Below, in pieces: positions 25,227 to 40,216 of a stretch of 64,000 bases of DNA; position 1 is the first letter of the stretch, and the number at the start of each line of letters is the position of its first letter. Under the pieces are notes generated by a model. The model saw nothing but the letters and a program-made list of their open reading frames with translations, was not told where the DNA came from and did not search any database. Both the position numbers and the translations under genes were made by a program. Origin of the DNA: Octopus vulgaris (lineage: Eukaryota). The stretch spans positions 139,438,001 through 139,502,000 of the forward strand of contig OX597816.1 in the NCBI GenBank assembly GCA_951406725.2, read 5' to 3'.

Positions 25227-26307
25227 TTATAGATTATGCCGAAAACGATCACAGCCACATCATCCAAACAGACCCGATGAAACCGGGCTTAGCTGCTAGT
25301 ATACATATAAGCATGTATATGCAATATATATATATATATATATATATACAGGTTAAACTTTTACTGGGCAGACATTGACGTCAAAGTATCCACCTGTTAA
25401 TCGTCGTCAGACTGCCGAGCGAATGCTTGGAAGCTGAAGCTTCGAAGTCACTGTTAACGCTCTGGCAAAAGCTTAATGAGCACATATTCAACTTAAAAGT
25501 GTTGCATAATTTTTCAGCGTAACACTAAATTGTATTTGTATATACAATGACATAAAAAGTAACATTAATATACATTTGTATATCTGTATTTGTATGTGTG
25601 TATGTGTATGTGTGTGCATCCACCCCCCCCTAACCGTCTACCTTACAGTCAAGCAATGATCTACAATATAGTACAGATGGTAGGTAAGTAGTTAGCCAGG
25701 AACTTGAAATTAAACTGTTTCTATTTAATAAAATGTTCATCAAGTCGAAAGCAGTATCCAATTTACCGAACCGTATAATTAAAATACAAGGATATAAAAA
25801 AAATGCATTCAAACAAAATCTGTAAGGACAGCCATAAAACTAAATAAGCTAAACAGAACAAATAACTTTACCATGAAGCTACCACATCGCTTCCATTATG
25901 AAAAAGGAAACAGTAAAATATATCACGAGTGTTCAAATGTTTATACGCAACAGTGATTTATGTCACAATCCTTTTGAAGTATAGAACTACCTTAGTGGGT
26001 ATAATTAATTATAGTGAATTATTCAGTGCATACTCTGTTTTCATGGCTTCTCAGTTAAGATAAGACCGTCTGCTAATGAACTCGATATGGCAATAGTAGC
26101 TTTAAGATTTCTCCGCTTAACATTTCCTCTCTCAATACGAGCCAATATGTAGATGCATGTTTGTGTTCAAGTAGAGACGCGCACACATACATACACGCAC
26201 GCACACATACACACTCTCACTCAAGTACGCACAAACATATACACACGTACACACACTTAGACATACATATACCTAAGCGTATAAGTATATAGGTACATAC
26301 ATAAGTG

Positions 26308-26370
<63 letters not shown>

Positions 26371-26411
26371 GTATATATATTTAGCGTATAAGTATATAGG
26401 TACATACATAA

Positions 26412-26464
<53 letters not shown>

Positions 26465-26686
26465 CATATATATATATGCATGTGTGTGTATAAAGTATGA
26501 TTCGGGTGCAAAACTTGTGCATTATGATGTGCATTTTGATGTCGACATAAGTTCCTTGCCTTTCCTGATGAGAAATCTGCATAATGTACTCCTTATTCCT
26601 TCGGAATTAGGAATATGCAGCCTTCGAAACATATGTCGAAAATAAAGGAAATTTGTCAACAAGTCGTTCAACTCCATTCTTTCATA

Positions 26687-26731
<45 letters not shown>

Positions 26732-26911
26732 ATAGATAGATACATTCATACATAGATACATACATATATACGTACACACACGTATTTTTAAATATACATA
26801 CATACAGACAGACAGACATACATACATACATACATACATACATACATACATACATACATACATACATACATACATACATACATACATACATAGACGTCTA
26901 TATACAGATAT

Positions 26912-27690
26912 GGGATCTTTTCGGTGTGAAAGGCAGTTTTTAACATAATTTCTAGGTAACTGAACAATTTTAAACTTCGTATACTGGTAGAATGTGTTTA
27001 TAAAACATCATTTTCTCTTGGCTTTCTTGAGAAAATTCTGTAGTTTGTAACATATTTCGTCTTTAATTTCTTACATTTCTGCAATTTTAACCAATCAGTG
27101 GCGTTCATTGAGGTAAACAACATTCTGTGCCGTATGAATATGTCCCTCGTTTAAGAAACTCATTGGGTTTATTTACATTTGTGAAGAAAAAAATATACCC
27201 TTCCCCCCACCCCTAACATTAACCCTAACCCTAACTAACCCTAAATCTAAAACAGATTGAAATGCAATAGATCGATACTAGGGTTATAATTATGGGTGAC
27301 AATTTCATATGACACGCATAATTATGACTATAGAATCGATCTATTGCATTTCAATCTATTAGGGTTAGTTAGGGTTAGGGTTAGGGTTAGGGGTAGGGGA
27401 AGGGTATCTTTTTTTCTTCACAAATGTAAATAAACCAAATGCGTTTCTTAAACGAGGGACATATTCATACGGCACAGAATGTTGTTTACCTCAATGGACG
27501 CCAGTGATTGGTTAAAGTTGCCGAAATGCAAGAAATTAAAGACGAAATATGTTACGAACTACAGAATTTTCTCAAGAAAGCCAAGAGAAAATGATGTTTT
27601 ATTAACACATTCTACCAGTATACAAAGTTTAAAATTGTTTAGTTACCTAGAATTTATGTTAAAAACTGCCGTTCAAACCGAAAAGATCCC
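26912..27690. mobile_element. 779-bp foldback element (MITE-like) with internal TAACCC/TTAGGG repeats
   Basis: Arms 26912-27293 and 27317-27690 are inverted copies (GGGATCTTTTCGGT...ACCGAAAAGATCCC), flanked by direct AGATAT. Confidence 0.92.
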
Positions 27691-27704
27691 AGATATGAAT
27701 TTGT

Positions 27705-27741
<37 letters not shown>

Positions 27742-28589
27742 TACAAACTCACACGTGAGTTTGTGTGCGTGTATGTGTGTATGTATGTAAATATTTTATG
27801 TCTACGTATAATTGTATGTGGGTGTCTGAGCGTGTGCGCGTGTATATAATATGTCTATATTGCATATAATTCAGAATTTACGATTACCTATGCATTTCTG
27901 TAGGGTAACTTTGTTCTGCCAAACACTAAGTATTCCCATGCGGACAAGTAGGGGAGGAGGAGGAGGAGGAGGAGAAGAAGAAGAAGAAGAAGAAGAAGAA
28001 GAAGAAGAAGAAGAAGAAGAAGAAGAAGAAGAAGAAGAAGAGGTGGTAGGGTTGGTGTTGTTGCTGTTGTTGTCGTGGCGGTGGTGGTGGTGGTGGTGGT
28101 GGTGAGAAAAAATATATGAAAATAAATGAAAGTGCCGACCTCCGAAATGAAATAAGTACATAAACACACAGATAAATAACATAAAAGCCTGCTTTGAAAT
28201 CCCATCGGAAGTTCTAGATTTGCTAGAACATTCTACTCGAGATCAAATGATTTACTACAAAGTACATGACTCTGTACCATGTAAAACGATACCTCCTGCA
28301 TAAGGATACTTTTTTTTTTTTTTTTTTTGTAAATCTATCTAAATTGAAAGATTGCGTTAAAAATTATAAATTTCTCAACGTGTTTCTATTAAATTAAATT
28401 AATCAAATATATCGCTAGATTAATAAAATACATGGAATAAAGTAAAGCGCAACGATATAACTGAGGGAAGGAGATTGTGTTTTCTTATTATGAATTAGCT
28501 GCAAAGTGTTTTTTTGAAAATGGCATGAAATTTTTATAAGCATGAACCTGAAAGAGAAACCCGAAACGGGTTCACTTGTGGGATTTGAA

Positions 28590-28945
28590 TCACGAAGCCC
28601 GCTATTCTTGGACGGGACATAGCAGTACAGGCTTGCAGCACTTCCTCCATAAGGTCCCTCAACAAGCAATTGTCGTTAGACTTTTTTTCTGACTGGATCC
28701 CAAGCGTGACCAACTGAAACTAAAGATATTATCCAACCATCTTTCTCTAGATCTACCCTCCCCCACCAGTCACCTGCCAGTTGGCTAGGGTTGGAAAACT
28801 TATCCTGCGATCTTTTCCTGTAGCGTTCTAATCATCGGTCCGGAGCATTGACCGCTCAATGAGGAAAAATAACGGCTCGACCCGGAGAGATGCCCTGATC
28901 TCTGAGCTACGTACCCTGTCCAGTAACGTTATTGTTCCATTGCGT
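28590..28945 (-). pseudogene. RTE-clade LINE C-terminal fragment
   Basis: ITLLDRVRSSEIRASLRVEPLFFLIERS followed by degenerate PTGR..GR..RWLD and SWSRLGI. Confidence 0.75.
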
Positions 28946-28956
28946 ATAATGTTATT

Positions 28957-29250
28957 GAAGGCGCATGGCTCAGTGGCTCGAGCGTCGGGCTCATAATTAG
29001 AAAGTAATGCGTTCGATTCCCGGACTAGGCTGTGTGTTGAAATTCTTGAGCAAAACACTATAGTTCACGATGCTCCATTTCACTCAGCTGTAGAAATGAG
29101 TTGCGACGTCACTGGTGCCAAGCTGTATCATGCTTTGTCTTTCCCTTGGATAACACTGGTGGCATGGAGAAAGGAGGCTGGTAAGTATGGGCGATTGCTG
29201 GTCTTCCATAAACAATCTTGCCTGAACTTGTGTCTCGGAGGATTATTCTT
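28957..29250 (+). mobile_element. tRNA-derived SINE family C
   Basis: GGCGCATGGCTCAGTGG A-box and GTTCGATTCC B-box; body shared with 29520, 34535 and 48240. Confidence 0.9.
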
Positions 29251-29519
29251 GACTGAAAGGAGTCTTTACCTTTCCTATTGTTTAGCTCCAGCTAAACTCT
29301 GATCGAGCAGAAAATTGATCAAAGCCATGACCATCTCGTCTCTTCTTTCCATAGTGTATCTCAGACGACATGATCCAATAATGTCTTTCTATATTTTAAA
29401 ACAACAGTGTTGTGTTCAAATGATTTGGATGCTTTTATTTTACAAAACCAAACAAGAACGGAGAGCAGCGCTTCCTAAATTGTGTTGCGACACACACACA
29501 CATCTATATAAGGGTAAAG

Positions 29520-29820
29520 ACACCCTTCAGTCACGAATGGCCGTGAGATTGCTCATAGAAAGTTCCACTCCGGGGCACAAGTCCAGGCAAGGTTGTTTAT
29601 GGAAGACTAGCAGTCGCCCATGCATACCAGCCTCCCTTCTCCGCACCACCGATGTTATCCAAAGGAAAAGGCAAAGGCTGATACAGCTTGGTACCAGTGG
29701 TATCACAACTCATTTCTACAGCTGAGTGAACTGTGCAACGTGAAATAAGGTCCAGAAATGTAACTCATTACCTCATAATTGTGGGCCCGATACTCTAACC
29801 ACTGAACCAGGTGCTTTCAC
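29520..29820 (-). mobile_element. SINE family C
   Basis: Inverted homolog of 28957-29250. Confidence 0.88.
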
Positions 29821-29828
29821 TTATATAT

Positions 29829-30015
29829 ACCGGAGTAAGCCCATAAATGTGAAGCAAGATGGAAAAAAGAGTACTCAAATACCAAGGGTAGAGTAATATG
29901 CTTTATTTAAAAGCAGCAGAAATTCAACAAAACCTGTTACATAAACTGTCCGACGAACGGGAACGTGAAACTCCGAGTAACGGGTTTTGTTGAATTTCTG
30001 CTGCTTTTAAATAAA

Positions 30016-30017
<2 letters not shown>
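29829..30017 (+). mobile_element. PLE-like terminal remnant with 40-bp inverted repeat, inserted in (TA)n
   Basis: Arms ~29901-29940 and 29977-30016; absent from the paralogous block at 32150-32451. Confidence 0.7.
29946..29983 (+). ncRNA. Type I hammerhead-like motif
   Basis: CUGU-CCGACGA-ACG-GGAA-CGU-GAAACUC-C-GAGUA-ACGG. All three stems form, the triplet is GUA, and the core has U4 replaced by C. Confidence 0.65.
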
Positions 30018-30060
<43 letters not shown>

Positions 30061-30294
30061 ACATGTTACAGTATACTATCTTAGCTTAATTAACATTCTT
30101 TGTTGGAATTAACGAAGGTTTAATCTACGTCGTCAGTTAACATTCTAGAAAGAATAACATATTCCCACTCAGTCATTCCCTATCGTCTCAAAAAAGACCT
30201 GAACATGGTCTAAAGGCAGGGTGGTCTCGGCTGGAATTCCTTTCATTGCATGTCTATTCCACCAAGGCTGATTTTGAACTCGACAAGAATATCC

Positions 30295-30630
30295 ATTCTC
30301 TGTTTCACTCTCTATACCTTTGTTTTACTCTCTCTCTCTCCCTCCCTCCTTCTTACGTCTTTCTCTCTTTTTGTCCCTCACTTATCCTGTCACTCACCTT
30401 CTTGTCCTTGCTTTATGTTTCTCATATCCTAATCTCACCTACTCTCCCTCTCCCCTTCTCCCCTCACTCTTTCTCTTTTGTCTCATTACTCTCAGGTCTC
30501 TTCTCTTTCACTCCCGGCTGTTTCTTTATTTCATGTTTCTCTATCTCAGTTCTCTCACGCTTATACTATAATTTTTCCCTATTTTCTTTCTTTCTCTACC
30601 CCTCCCTAATTCTCTCTCTTTCTCTCTCCT

Positions 30631-30662
<32 letters not shown>

Positions 30663-31050
30663 TGCCTCTCTCTCACTCTCTGTCTTTCTGTCTCTCTCTC
30701 CCTTACTCTTGCTCTATCTCTCTCATATTTTTATCTCTCCTTATCTTTACTATTGTTTTTTCCTTTCATATTACGTTGTCATCTCTTTCTTTTCCAACGT
30801 CTCCGCCTTCTTTCTGCTGCATTTTGTCTCCCTCTTTCTTTCTTTCTTTCTTTCTTTCTCTCTCACTCACTCACTTACACAGACATTCTCTCTCTGTTTC
30901 TCGCACTCATCTGTCTCTATATTTCCTTGTCTCTTCACTTCACCTCTCTCTCCTTTCTCTCTATCTCCTTTTTTTATCCCTCTCACTCTCCTCTTTTTAC
31001 ACCCAATTTATTTCTCTTCATTCTCCCTATATTTCTCTCGTTCTTTTTGC
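30295..31050. repeat. Long pyrimidine-rich (CT) low-complexity tract
   Basis: Directly visible. Confidence 0.9.
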
Positions 31051-31339
31051 TATAAATACACATACACATATACATTTGAGTTTAGCTTCGCTGATGGAAC
31101 TGCAGGAAAGATTCTGGCGAGAGGATTGTGAATTGTGGACTGATGTAATGCTTTAACCAAGGCTAATCTGTCTGTCACTCTTGTATTTGTATGTTTAGAA
31201 TCACTGATATTAATGGAGACAAAGAGAGTTTTGAATATCGTGTTAAGCCCAGTTCTAGGTTGATGGCAAGACAGAGATCTTTTACGCTCTCTTTTAATCC
31301 CATGCAACAATCACACGCAGATATATATATGTATGTGTG

Positions 31340-31376
<37 letters not shown>

Positions 31377-31377
31377 T

Positions 31378-31455
<78 letters not shown>

Positions 31456-31483
31456 TATGTATATATATGTATATATATGTATA

Positions 31484-31519
<36 letters not shown>

Positions 31520-31665
31520 TGTATATATATATACAATGCATAGACACATATATAAACACATACAGTTTTACACATACAGTTTTACACATACAATCTTTAC
31601 AATACAATCTAACACACTCTCTCAAATATATTTGCAAATTATTTTTTTAAATTTCTCACCAATAC

Positions 31666-31992
31666 ACGCGCAGGCGTGACTGTGGGGTAAGAAGTTTTGC
31701 TTCCGAACCACATGGTTCCAGGTTCAAGCTCACCGCGTGACACCTTGGGCAAGTGCCTTCTACTATAGCCTCGGGTTGACCAAAGCCTTATGAATGGATT
31801 TGGTAGCTGGAAACTAAAAGAAACCTGTCGTATCTTCGTTTATCATTTCTTTGTATCAGTCATTAGACTGCGGCCATGCAGAGGTGCCACCGTGAATTTT
31901 TTTAGTCGAATAAATCCACCCCGGTATTATGTCTCCTTAAGCCTGGTACGTATTCTATCGAAGTCTTTTGCTGAACCGCTAAGTCACGTGGA
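31666..31992. mobile_element. SINE A 5' half (+) abutting SINE A 3' half (-)
   Basis: 31666-31832 matches head/body forward; 31848-31992 matches the 3' end in reverse. Confidence 0.75.
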
Positions 31993-32149
31993 CCTGTGTG
32001 TGTCTGTTTCCCGCGCGCACATGTCGAGACTACCGAAAAAGACATTTGGCAATCCAGAAACCAATATCTTTCATTGGAATTTAGGCAACTAGATAGCCAC
32101 GTATATACATATGTATGTACGGATGTACGCATGAATGTATGAATGTATC

Positions 32150-32451
32150 CAAGGGAAAGACAAAGACAGAAACAGCTTGGCACCAGTGACATCACAACTC
32201 ATTTCTACAGCTGAGAGAACTGAGCAACGCGAAATAAGGTCCGGGAATGTTACTCATTACCTCATAATTGTGGGCCCGATACTCTAACCACTGAACTAGG
32301 TGCCTTCACTTATATATATATATATATATATATAACATGTTACAGTATACTACCTTAGCTTGTGTAACATACTTTGTTGGAATTAACGAGGGTATAATCT
32401 ACGTCGTCAGTTGACATTCTAGAAAGAATAACATATTCCCACTCAGTCATT
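32150..32451. repeat. Local duplicate of 29660-30177 (SINE C part plus unique flank)
   Basis: Shares the same SINE-internal deletion and the unique flank AACATGTTACAGTATACTA...ATTCCCACTCAGTCATT. Confidence 0.9.
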
Positions 32452-32659
32452 AGATTGCGGCCACGCTGGGGCACCGCCTCGAAGGAATTTTAGTCGTATG
32501 TATCAACGCCAGGACTTACTTTTCATAAGGCTGGTACTTGTTCCATCGGACTTCTTTTACCGAATCGCTAAGTTAAGGAGATGTAATCACACTAGCACCA
32601 GTTGTCAAATGGTGGTAGGAGGACCAATACAGACACAAAGACACACACTCACAGACACA

Positions 32660-32753
<94 letters not shown>

Positions 32754-32800
32754 TAAACTCGGAACCATGTGGCAAGCTTCTTACCACACAGCCATGCCTA
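32443..32800 (-). mobile_element. SINE family A, diverged and deleted
   Basis: 3'-end and head motifs are present. Confidence 0.75.
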
Positions 32801-32961
32801 TATGTTTATTTGTGTGTTTGCTGCGTAAGCATGCGTATATGTATGTTAGAACTATACACCACAAATGTTTGTGCAAATCCCAATAATCTCACACATTTTC
32901 CCTCACCATCTCTCCTTCCCCCTCTCCCTCTCTCCCTCTCTCTCTGTCACACACATACAGA

Positions 32962-33008
<47 letters not shown>

Positions 33009-33057
33009 AGCATATATATATGTGTGTGCGTGTATGTAAGCATGTATGTATGCATTC

Positions 33058-33598
33058 TCTTTCTCTTTTCTCTCTTACTTGTTTCAGTCATTTGTATGTT
33101 AGAACTATACATAGACTGCGGCCATGCTGGAGCACCGCCTTTAGTCGAGCAAATCGACCCCGGGACTTATTCTTTGTAAGCCCAGTACTTATTCTATCGG
33201 TCTCTTTTGCCGAACCGCTAAGTGACGGGGACAAAGAGGCATATACGTATAATGTTATGAAGCTTAATTAACAAATGACCTATTTGCTAGTTAGGTTTTT
33301 AGTGTTACAAATGTGGTACTGACCGTTTTAGATTCGGTAAGATTTTATATTTTCATAGCTCACACCAGCATCGATTGTCAAGCAATGCTAGGGGGACAAA
33401 CACAGACACACAAACATATACACACACATATATACGACAAGCTTCTTTCAGTTTCCGTCTACCAAATCCACTCACAAGGCATTGGTCGGTCCGAGGCTAT
33501 AGCAGAAGACACTTGCCGAAGATGCCACGCAGTGGGACTGAACCCGAAACCATGTGGTTGGTAAGGAAGCTACTTACCACACAGCCACTCCTGCGCCT
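33058..33598 (-). mobile_element. SINE family A interrupted by a ~125-bp copy of nearby unique DNA
   Basis: A homology at 33058-33232 and 33361-33598; the insert matches 34243-34368. Confidence 0.85.
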
Positions 33599-33599
33599 A

Positions 33600-33630
<31 letters not shown>

Positions 33631-33634
33631 GATC

Positions 33635-33800
33635 ATTTACTTGTTTCAGTCATTATTAGACTGCAACCATGATGGAACACCAGCTTAAAAGATTTTAGCC
33701 GAAGTTATCGACTCTATCGGTCCTTTTTACCGAACCGCTATATTACAGGGACAGAAACAAATCAATACCGGTTGTCAAACTGTGGTGTAGTACAAACACA
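33635..33800 (-). mobile_element. SINE family A, old 3' part
   Basis: TTTACTTGTTTCAGTCATT...CCGAACCGCTA homology. Confidence 0.7.
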
Positions 33801-34458
33801 CACACACGCACACACACAAATGCACGCACACACACACACATACACACACATATATATATACATATATTTATATAAACGTACATATAAGCACACTTTGATA
33901 CATATACAAATATATTATTTGAATAAATTTTTTAATTAAAAAGTTTATTATATAATTTGTTCTGTATAAGAAGAAAACAAAAACGAAATCGTTTAAAATA
34001 TATATCATATGAATCTTGGAGAATGGTTAACTGAAGTGCAGATTGGTAAGTGAGAAGAAACTTATAATTAAGTAACATAATACTTAATAACTAAACACAG
34101 CATAATTTAGTATGATTTATTTTACTAAACTAAGCAGGAAATTTAACACATAAATGACTCATTAAACCCATTATGCAATTCTCAAAACGTGAATGTAATC
34201 ATAGAACTGCGCAAAAATAAGGAACGTGATCTTTAATAAAGTGGCATATACGTATAATATTATGAAGCTTAATTAACTAATGACCTATTTGCTAGTTAGG
34301 TTTTTAGTGTCACAAATGTGGTACAGACAGTTTTAGATTCGGTAAGATGTGATATTTTCATAGCTCACCTCTTATCTTTCCCGTCAGAAGAACAGCTCCT
34401 TTTGTAAAAACTATAATACATCATGTGTTCATGTGTAAATCTCTCTCTGTCTCTCTCA

Positions 34459-34530
<72 letters not shown>

Positions 34531-34534
34531 TATA

Positions 34535-34846
34535 CCTCTTCGATCACGAATGACCATGGCATTGCACCTAGAAAGTTACCCTCCGAGGCACAAGTCCGGG
34601 CAAGGTTGTTTATGGAAGACCAGCAGTTGTCCATCAATACCGGCCTCTTCTCTCCACACAACTGAGGTTATCCAAAGGAAAGGCAAAGGGGCCAATACAG
34701 CTTGGCACCAAGTGACATCGCAACTACAGCTGAGTGAACTGGAGCAAAGTGAAATAAAGTGTTTTGCTCAAGAACATAACACGCGGCCTGGTCCCGGATT
34801 CGAAAACCTAGCCTCACGTTCGCAACCACTGGGCCATACGCCTTCA
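34535..34846 (-). mobile_element. SINE family C, full length
   Basis: Colinear with the other C copies. Confidence 0.9.
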
Positions 34847-34895
34847 CACACAGAGACACACACACAGACGCACACACACATATATATGTATGCAT

Positions 34896-34947
<52 letters not shown>

Positions 34948-34951
<4 letters not shown>

Positions 34952-35054
34952 TAGGCTTACAAAGAATAAGTCCTGGGTCGATTTGCTCGACTGAAAGGCA
35001 GTGCTCCACCATTGCCGTAGTCAAATGACTGAAACAAATAAAAGAATTAAAGAA
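34948..35054 (+). mobile_element. SINE family A 3' end
   Basis: GTACTAGGCTTACAAAGAATAAGTCCTGGG...GACTGAAACAA. Confidence 0.85.
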
Positions 35055-35058
35055 TATA

Positions 35059-35299
35059 CAGGGTCGTGCAAAACTAGGAATACAGTTATGAAAACAGAAA
35101 ACACGTACAATACTCATTTATTTTTATCAAAAAAATTAAAAGTTACGATAACAGTATTATTATAGTTTTAATAAATGTATTATTATGATTAATGACACTG
35201 AAAATATCAAAAATAAGGTTAACTAATTTAATGTGCTTATTAATGAAGTATTATAGCATGCATGTGATACTTACTGTACACCTACTTTTGCAACCCCTG
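35059..35299. mobile_element. Tc1/mariner-type MITE, 241 bp
   Basis: TA|CAGGGTCGTGCAAAACTAGGAATACAGT ... ACTGTACACCTACTTTTGCAACCCCTG|TA: imperfect TIRs and a TA TSD. Confidence 0.75.
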
Positions 35300-35509
35300 T
35301 ATATGTAGAAAACTATAATTTTAATTGAGGAAGAGAGAATTCAAATTGATGTTGCATTCGTTTCGCTGCACGAATGTGATTTATTTCAAATGACATACAA
35401 ATGTATGTGTTCATTCACTTCTGACATAATTCGATTGAAATTCAACTTAAGAACTTAATTAGCAACTTCGAATTTCTCATCCTTTCATGGGTGTGTACAA
35501 CAATGAGGT

Positions 35510-36095
35510 CGATCGACAAAATGGAGGTCTTTTTTTTTTTAACCCTGAGATTTCCCCGCTCCAATTATTATAGTAACACGTTGTTGTCAGGACTGTAGGC
35601 ACATGGGAACTTAAACATATTTATCCATGCATATACACTATCTCACCAGCAAATACATACATACACCATACATATATACATAATTCTTACACACAAACGA
35701 AAACAAACAAGCATACACACACATTCATTTAATGTACAATATATGGTTTTATTTAATCCGGTGGTACTCACAAAGTAGCTCCTTGGTGGACCAGATTACA
35801 TTTGAGCAATGGATTTAACCATGATATCCTTTGTATCTGAAAAGTTAACCTTGAATTATCTGTTTTAGCTTGTAAAATGTACAAGATTACTATGCAATTT
35901 ATAACACATACACTAGTGCAGACATGTAAAATATTTTATTATACGCTAAAATATATTATTTTTCTATGATACTAGCTGCGAAACGATCGTAATCTTGTAG
36001 ATATCGACTCGTGAAATAAACATATTCATCTCATATCTCCTGATATTCTTTATATTTTCTCGATATATGAGTGTGTGCGTATATATACATATATG
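35510..36095. repeat. Local direct duplication, copy 1 (copy 2 at 40505-41105)
   Basis: GGACTGTAGGCACATGGGAACTTAAAC...ATGAGTGTGTGCGTATATATACAT is colinear with the copy 5 kb downstream. Confidence 0.92.
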
Positions 36096-36138
36096 TGTGT
36101 GTGTGTGTATATACAGACACACAAATATACATACACAC

Positions 36139-36226
<88 letters not shown>

Positions 36227-36227
36227 G

Positions 36228-36265
<38 letters not shown>

Positions 36266-36425
36266 GAAGAAAATAGAACTCACATTCTTTTATAGGTTCT
36301 ACGGACACAAGGGAATACCTGAAGCAAATCCACTGGCATATGCCGCCGTAATGTTGTTGACATCAGGTAGCCGAAAACTATGAACGGGCTTGGAAGAGAA
36401 CACTTCAAGGTCTTTACCCGAATAC

Positions 36426-36456
<31 letters not shown>

Positions 36457-36534
36457 GCGTATACATACATACATACATACATACATACATACAAACATAT
36501 ATATATGTATATATGTATATATATACATGTATAT

Positions 36535-36705
36535 AGGGGGAATTCACAAAAAAAAAGCAAAAGACGAAGACAAGTGGTGTAGACAACAAACAGATATATT
36601 AGTATAACTTTCGGGAAATGAAAAAGTCTTTAACATTTTGAGCCTACGCTCTTCCACAGACAGGAACACAGAAAGAAACAAGGAGAGAAGACAAAGAATG
36701 CGTAA
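36535..36705 (-). mobile_element. PLE-like terminal remnant (same family as 1-172) with decayed hammerhead
   Basis: Minus strand CUGUGGA-A-GAGC-GUAG-GCUC-AAAAU-GUU-AAAG; follows a (TA)-rich tract. Confidence 0.55.
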
Positions 36706-37150
36706 CCTGTCTTTTGCATCACTTCATATTTTGAAGGTTTCAATGTCGCAATCCAAAAACATGCTATAACTATTTATTGAAAATTAGCAAAGAATAGAGG
36801 TTTTAGGGATAACTGCTTTTATCCGCATTATAAGTTTATATTATGCCAATGAATTTAGTGCATTTGGCTATCCTAGTAAATATCTTTATTTGTAGTCAAG
36901 AAAAACTAGACAAATCAAGCAGAGAAAGTAAATGCTTAATAGATATTTCGAAAATACAGTCTGTAAGAGGATCTATAAAAATATGCAAGGCTTTTCTTCA
37001 ATACGTATAACTCTTCATCGTTGCGGTTATACAATTTTCAGCGATGAGGTTTTGCATTTTTGTATCTTTGCTCGAAGCCAACATAATTACATGCATAGAC
37101 ATACATTCATACGAACATACATACATACATACATACATACATACATACAT

Positions 37151-37224
<74 letters not shown>

Positions 37225-37226
37225 GC

Positions 37227-37260
<34 letters not shown>

Positions 37261-37560
37261 GTACATACACAACAGGCATACACACGGGTACACACGTACA
37301 TACATATGCACAAATACATATATACTGAAATCTATGTATCTATGTGTGTGTATGTGTGTGTGTGTGTGCGTATAAGCTTATATACGCATAAGCATATTGG
37401 TATTTTCATACGAATAGCCATATCTAAATAAGTACGTGTACAGGCGTACATATACGCACACACACACACGCATACATACACACACACACATATATGTATA
37501 TATATACATACATACATACATACATACATACGTACATACATACATACATGTGTATAGCGA

Positions 37561-37604
<44 letters not shown>

Positions 37605-37874
37605 TCGCTTACACATATATGTATAGAGTATGCGACTCTATACATAGTTGTATAATTAGCTGTTCACAATTTCCCATTGTATTTCTAAACATTTATGTGC
37701 GTGCTCTTCAATATTTACACGCATCTATATTAGAAAAGTGATTTATCATCATAAAACATACACATTATAGGTCTATATACATACGCGTATCTATATACAT
37801 ATAGAAACGTAGATTTACGTACGTAGACACGGAACCATCTGTGTGCCTGTGTCTAAGCCTGTGTGTGAGTGTGC

Positions 37875-37960
<86 letters not shown>

Positions 37961-38209
37961 AAGTATATGTATATGTGTATGAGCATATGTATGTGAACGT
38001 TTATATCAGGATATCTATATGTACGTATGCTCGTACCTACTTCTATACGTTTATAATGATTTATAACCTCTGCCTATCGATATTTAGTTATATTCCGCCT
38101 TCATGTCTAATCCTTTTGTATCAGTGGATTAGTATGTGTTATACAGGTATATACATACATACATACATATATGCATGCATACATATCGTTACACATACAT
38201 GACTACATG

Positions 38210-38294
<85 letters not shown>

Positions 38295-38641
38295 ATATAT
38301 AAATACATAATATATTTATATGTGTGTGTGTGTGATATGTGGTTGTGACTGTGTACGTGCGTGCGTGTTGTGTATGTTAGTGTATGTACGTAGAGAAGTG
38401 TGTGAAGCGTCCATGTTGGTTATTAATCATTCTAAAGCGTGATATATATGCTTGCTTTATAATGATAAATGACTTCCCGTCTTTCTACTTAAAGTTTTAG
38501 TTGGTGGCGCTGTTGTTGTTTTTGTTTTTGTTTTTTAATATGCTTTTATTGTTATTTACAAAAATTACCCTATACGAGGGTTGCAAGTAAAGAGTGGGTG
38601 GTAATGTATGTTGAATCGACACTTACAAAAACTACTTGGCA

Positions 38642-40110
<1,469 letters not shown>

Positions 40111-40216
40111 TAAGGTCGACAGATACATACACATGTACCGGCCCACACATACACTCACACAGACAAAGAGAGGGAAAGGAAAACAGAGAGGGAGAGGGGG
40201 CGAGCCAGTGCATTAC

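Noticed and set aside
27198-27404. Telomere or chromosome-fusion scar
   Set aside because: Only a few TTAGGG units, placed symmetrically inside a TSD-flanked foldback element.
28957-29030. tRNA gene (also 18560, 48240 and other heads)
   Set aside because: A/B boxes continue into SINE bodies and there is no complete cloverleaf.
30246-31055. 269-aa hydrophobic membrane-like ORF
   Set aside because: Artefact of a CT-rich low-complexity tract.
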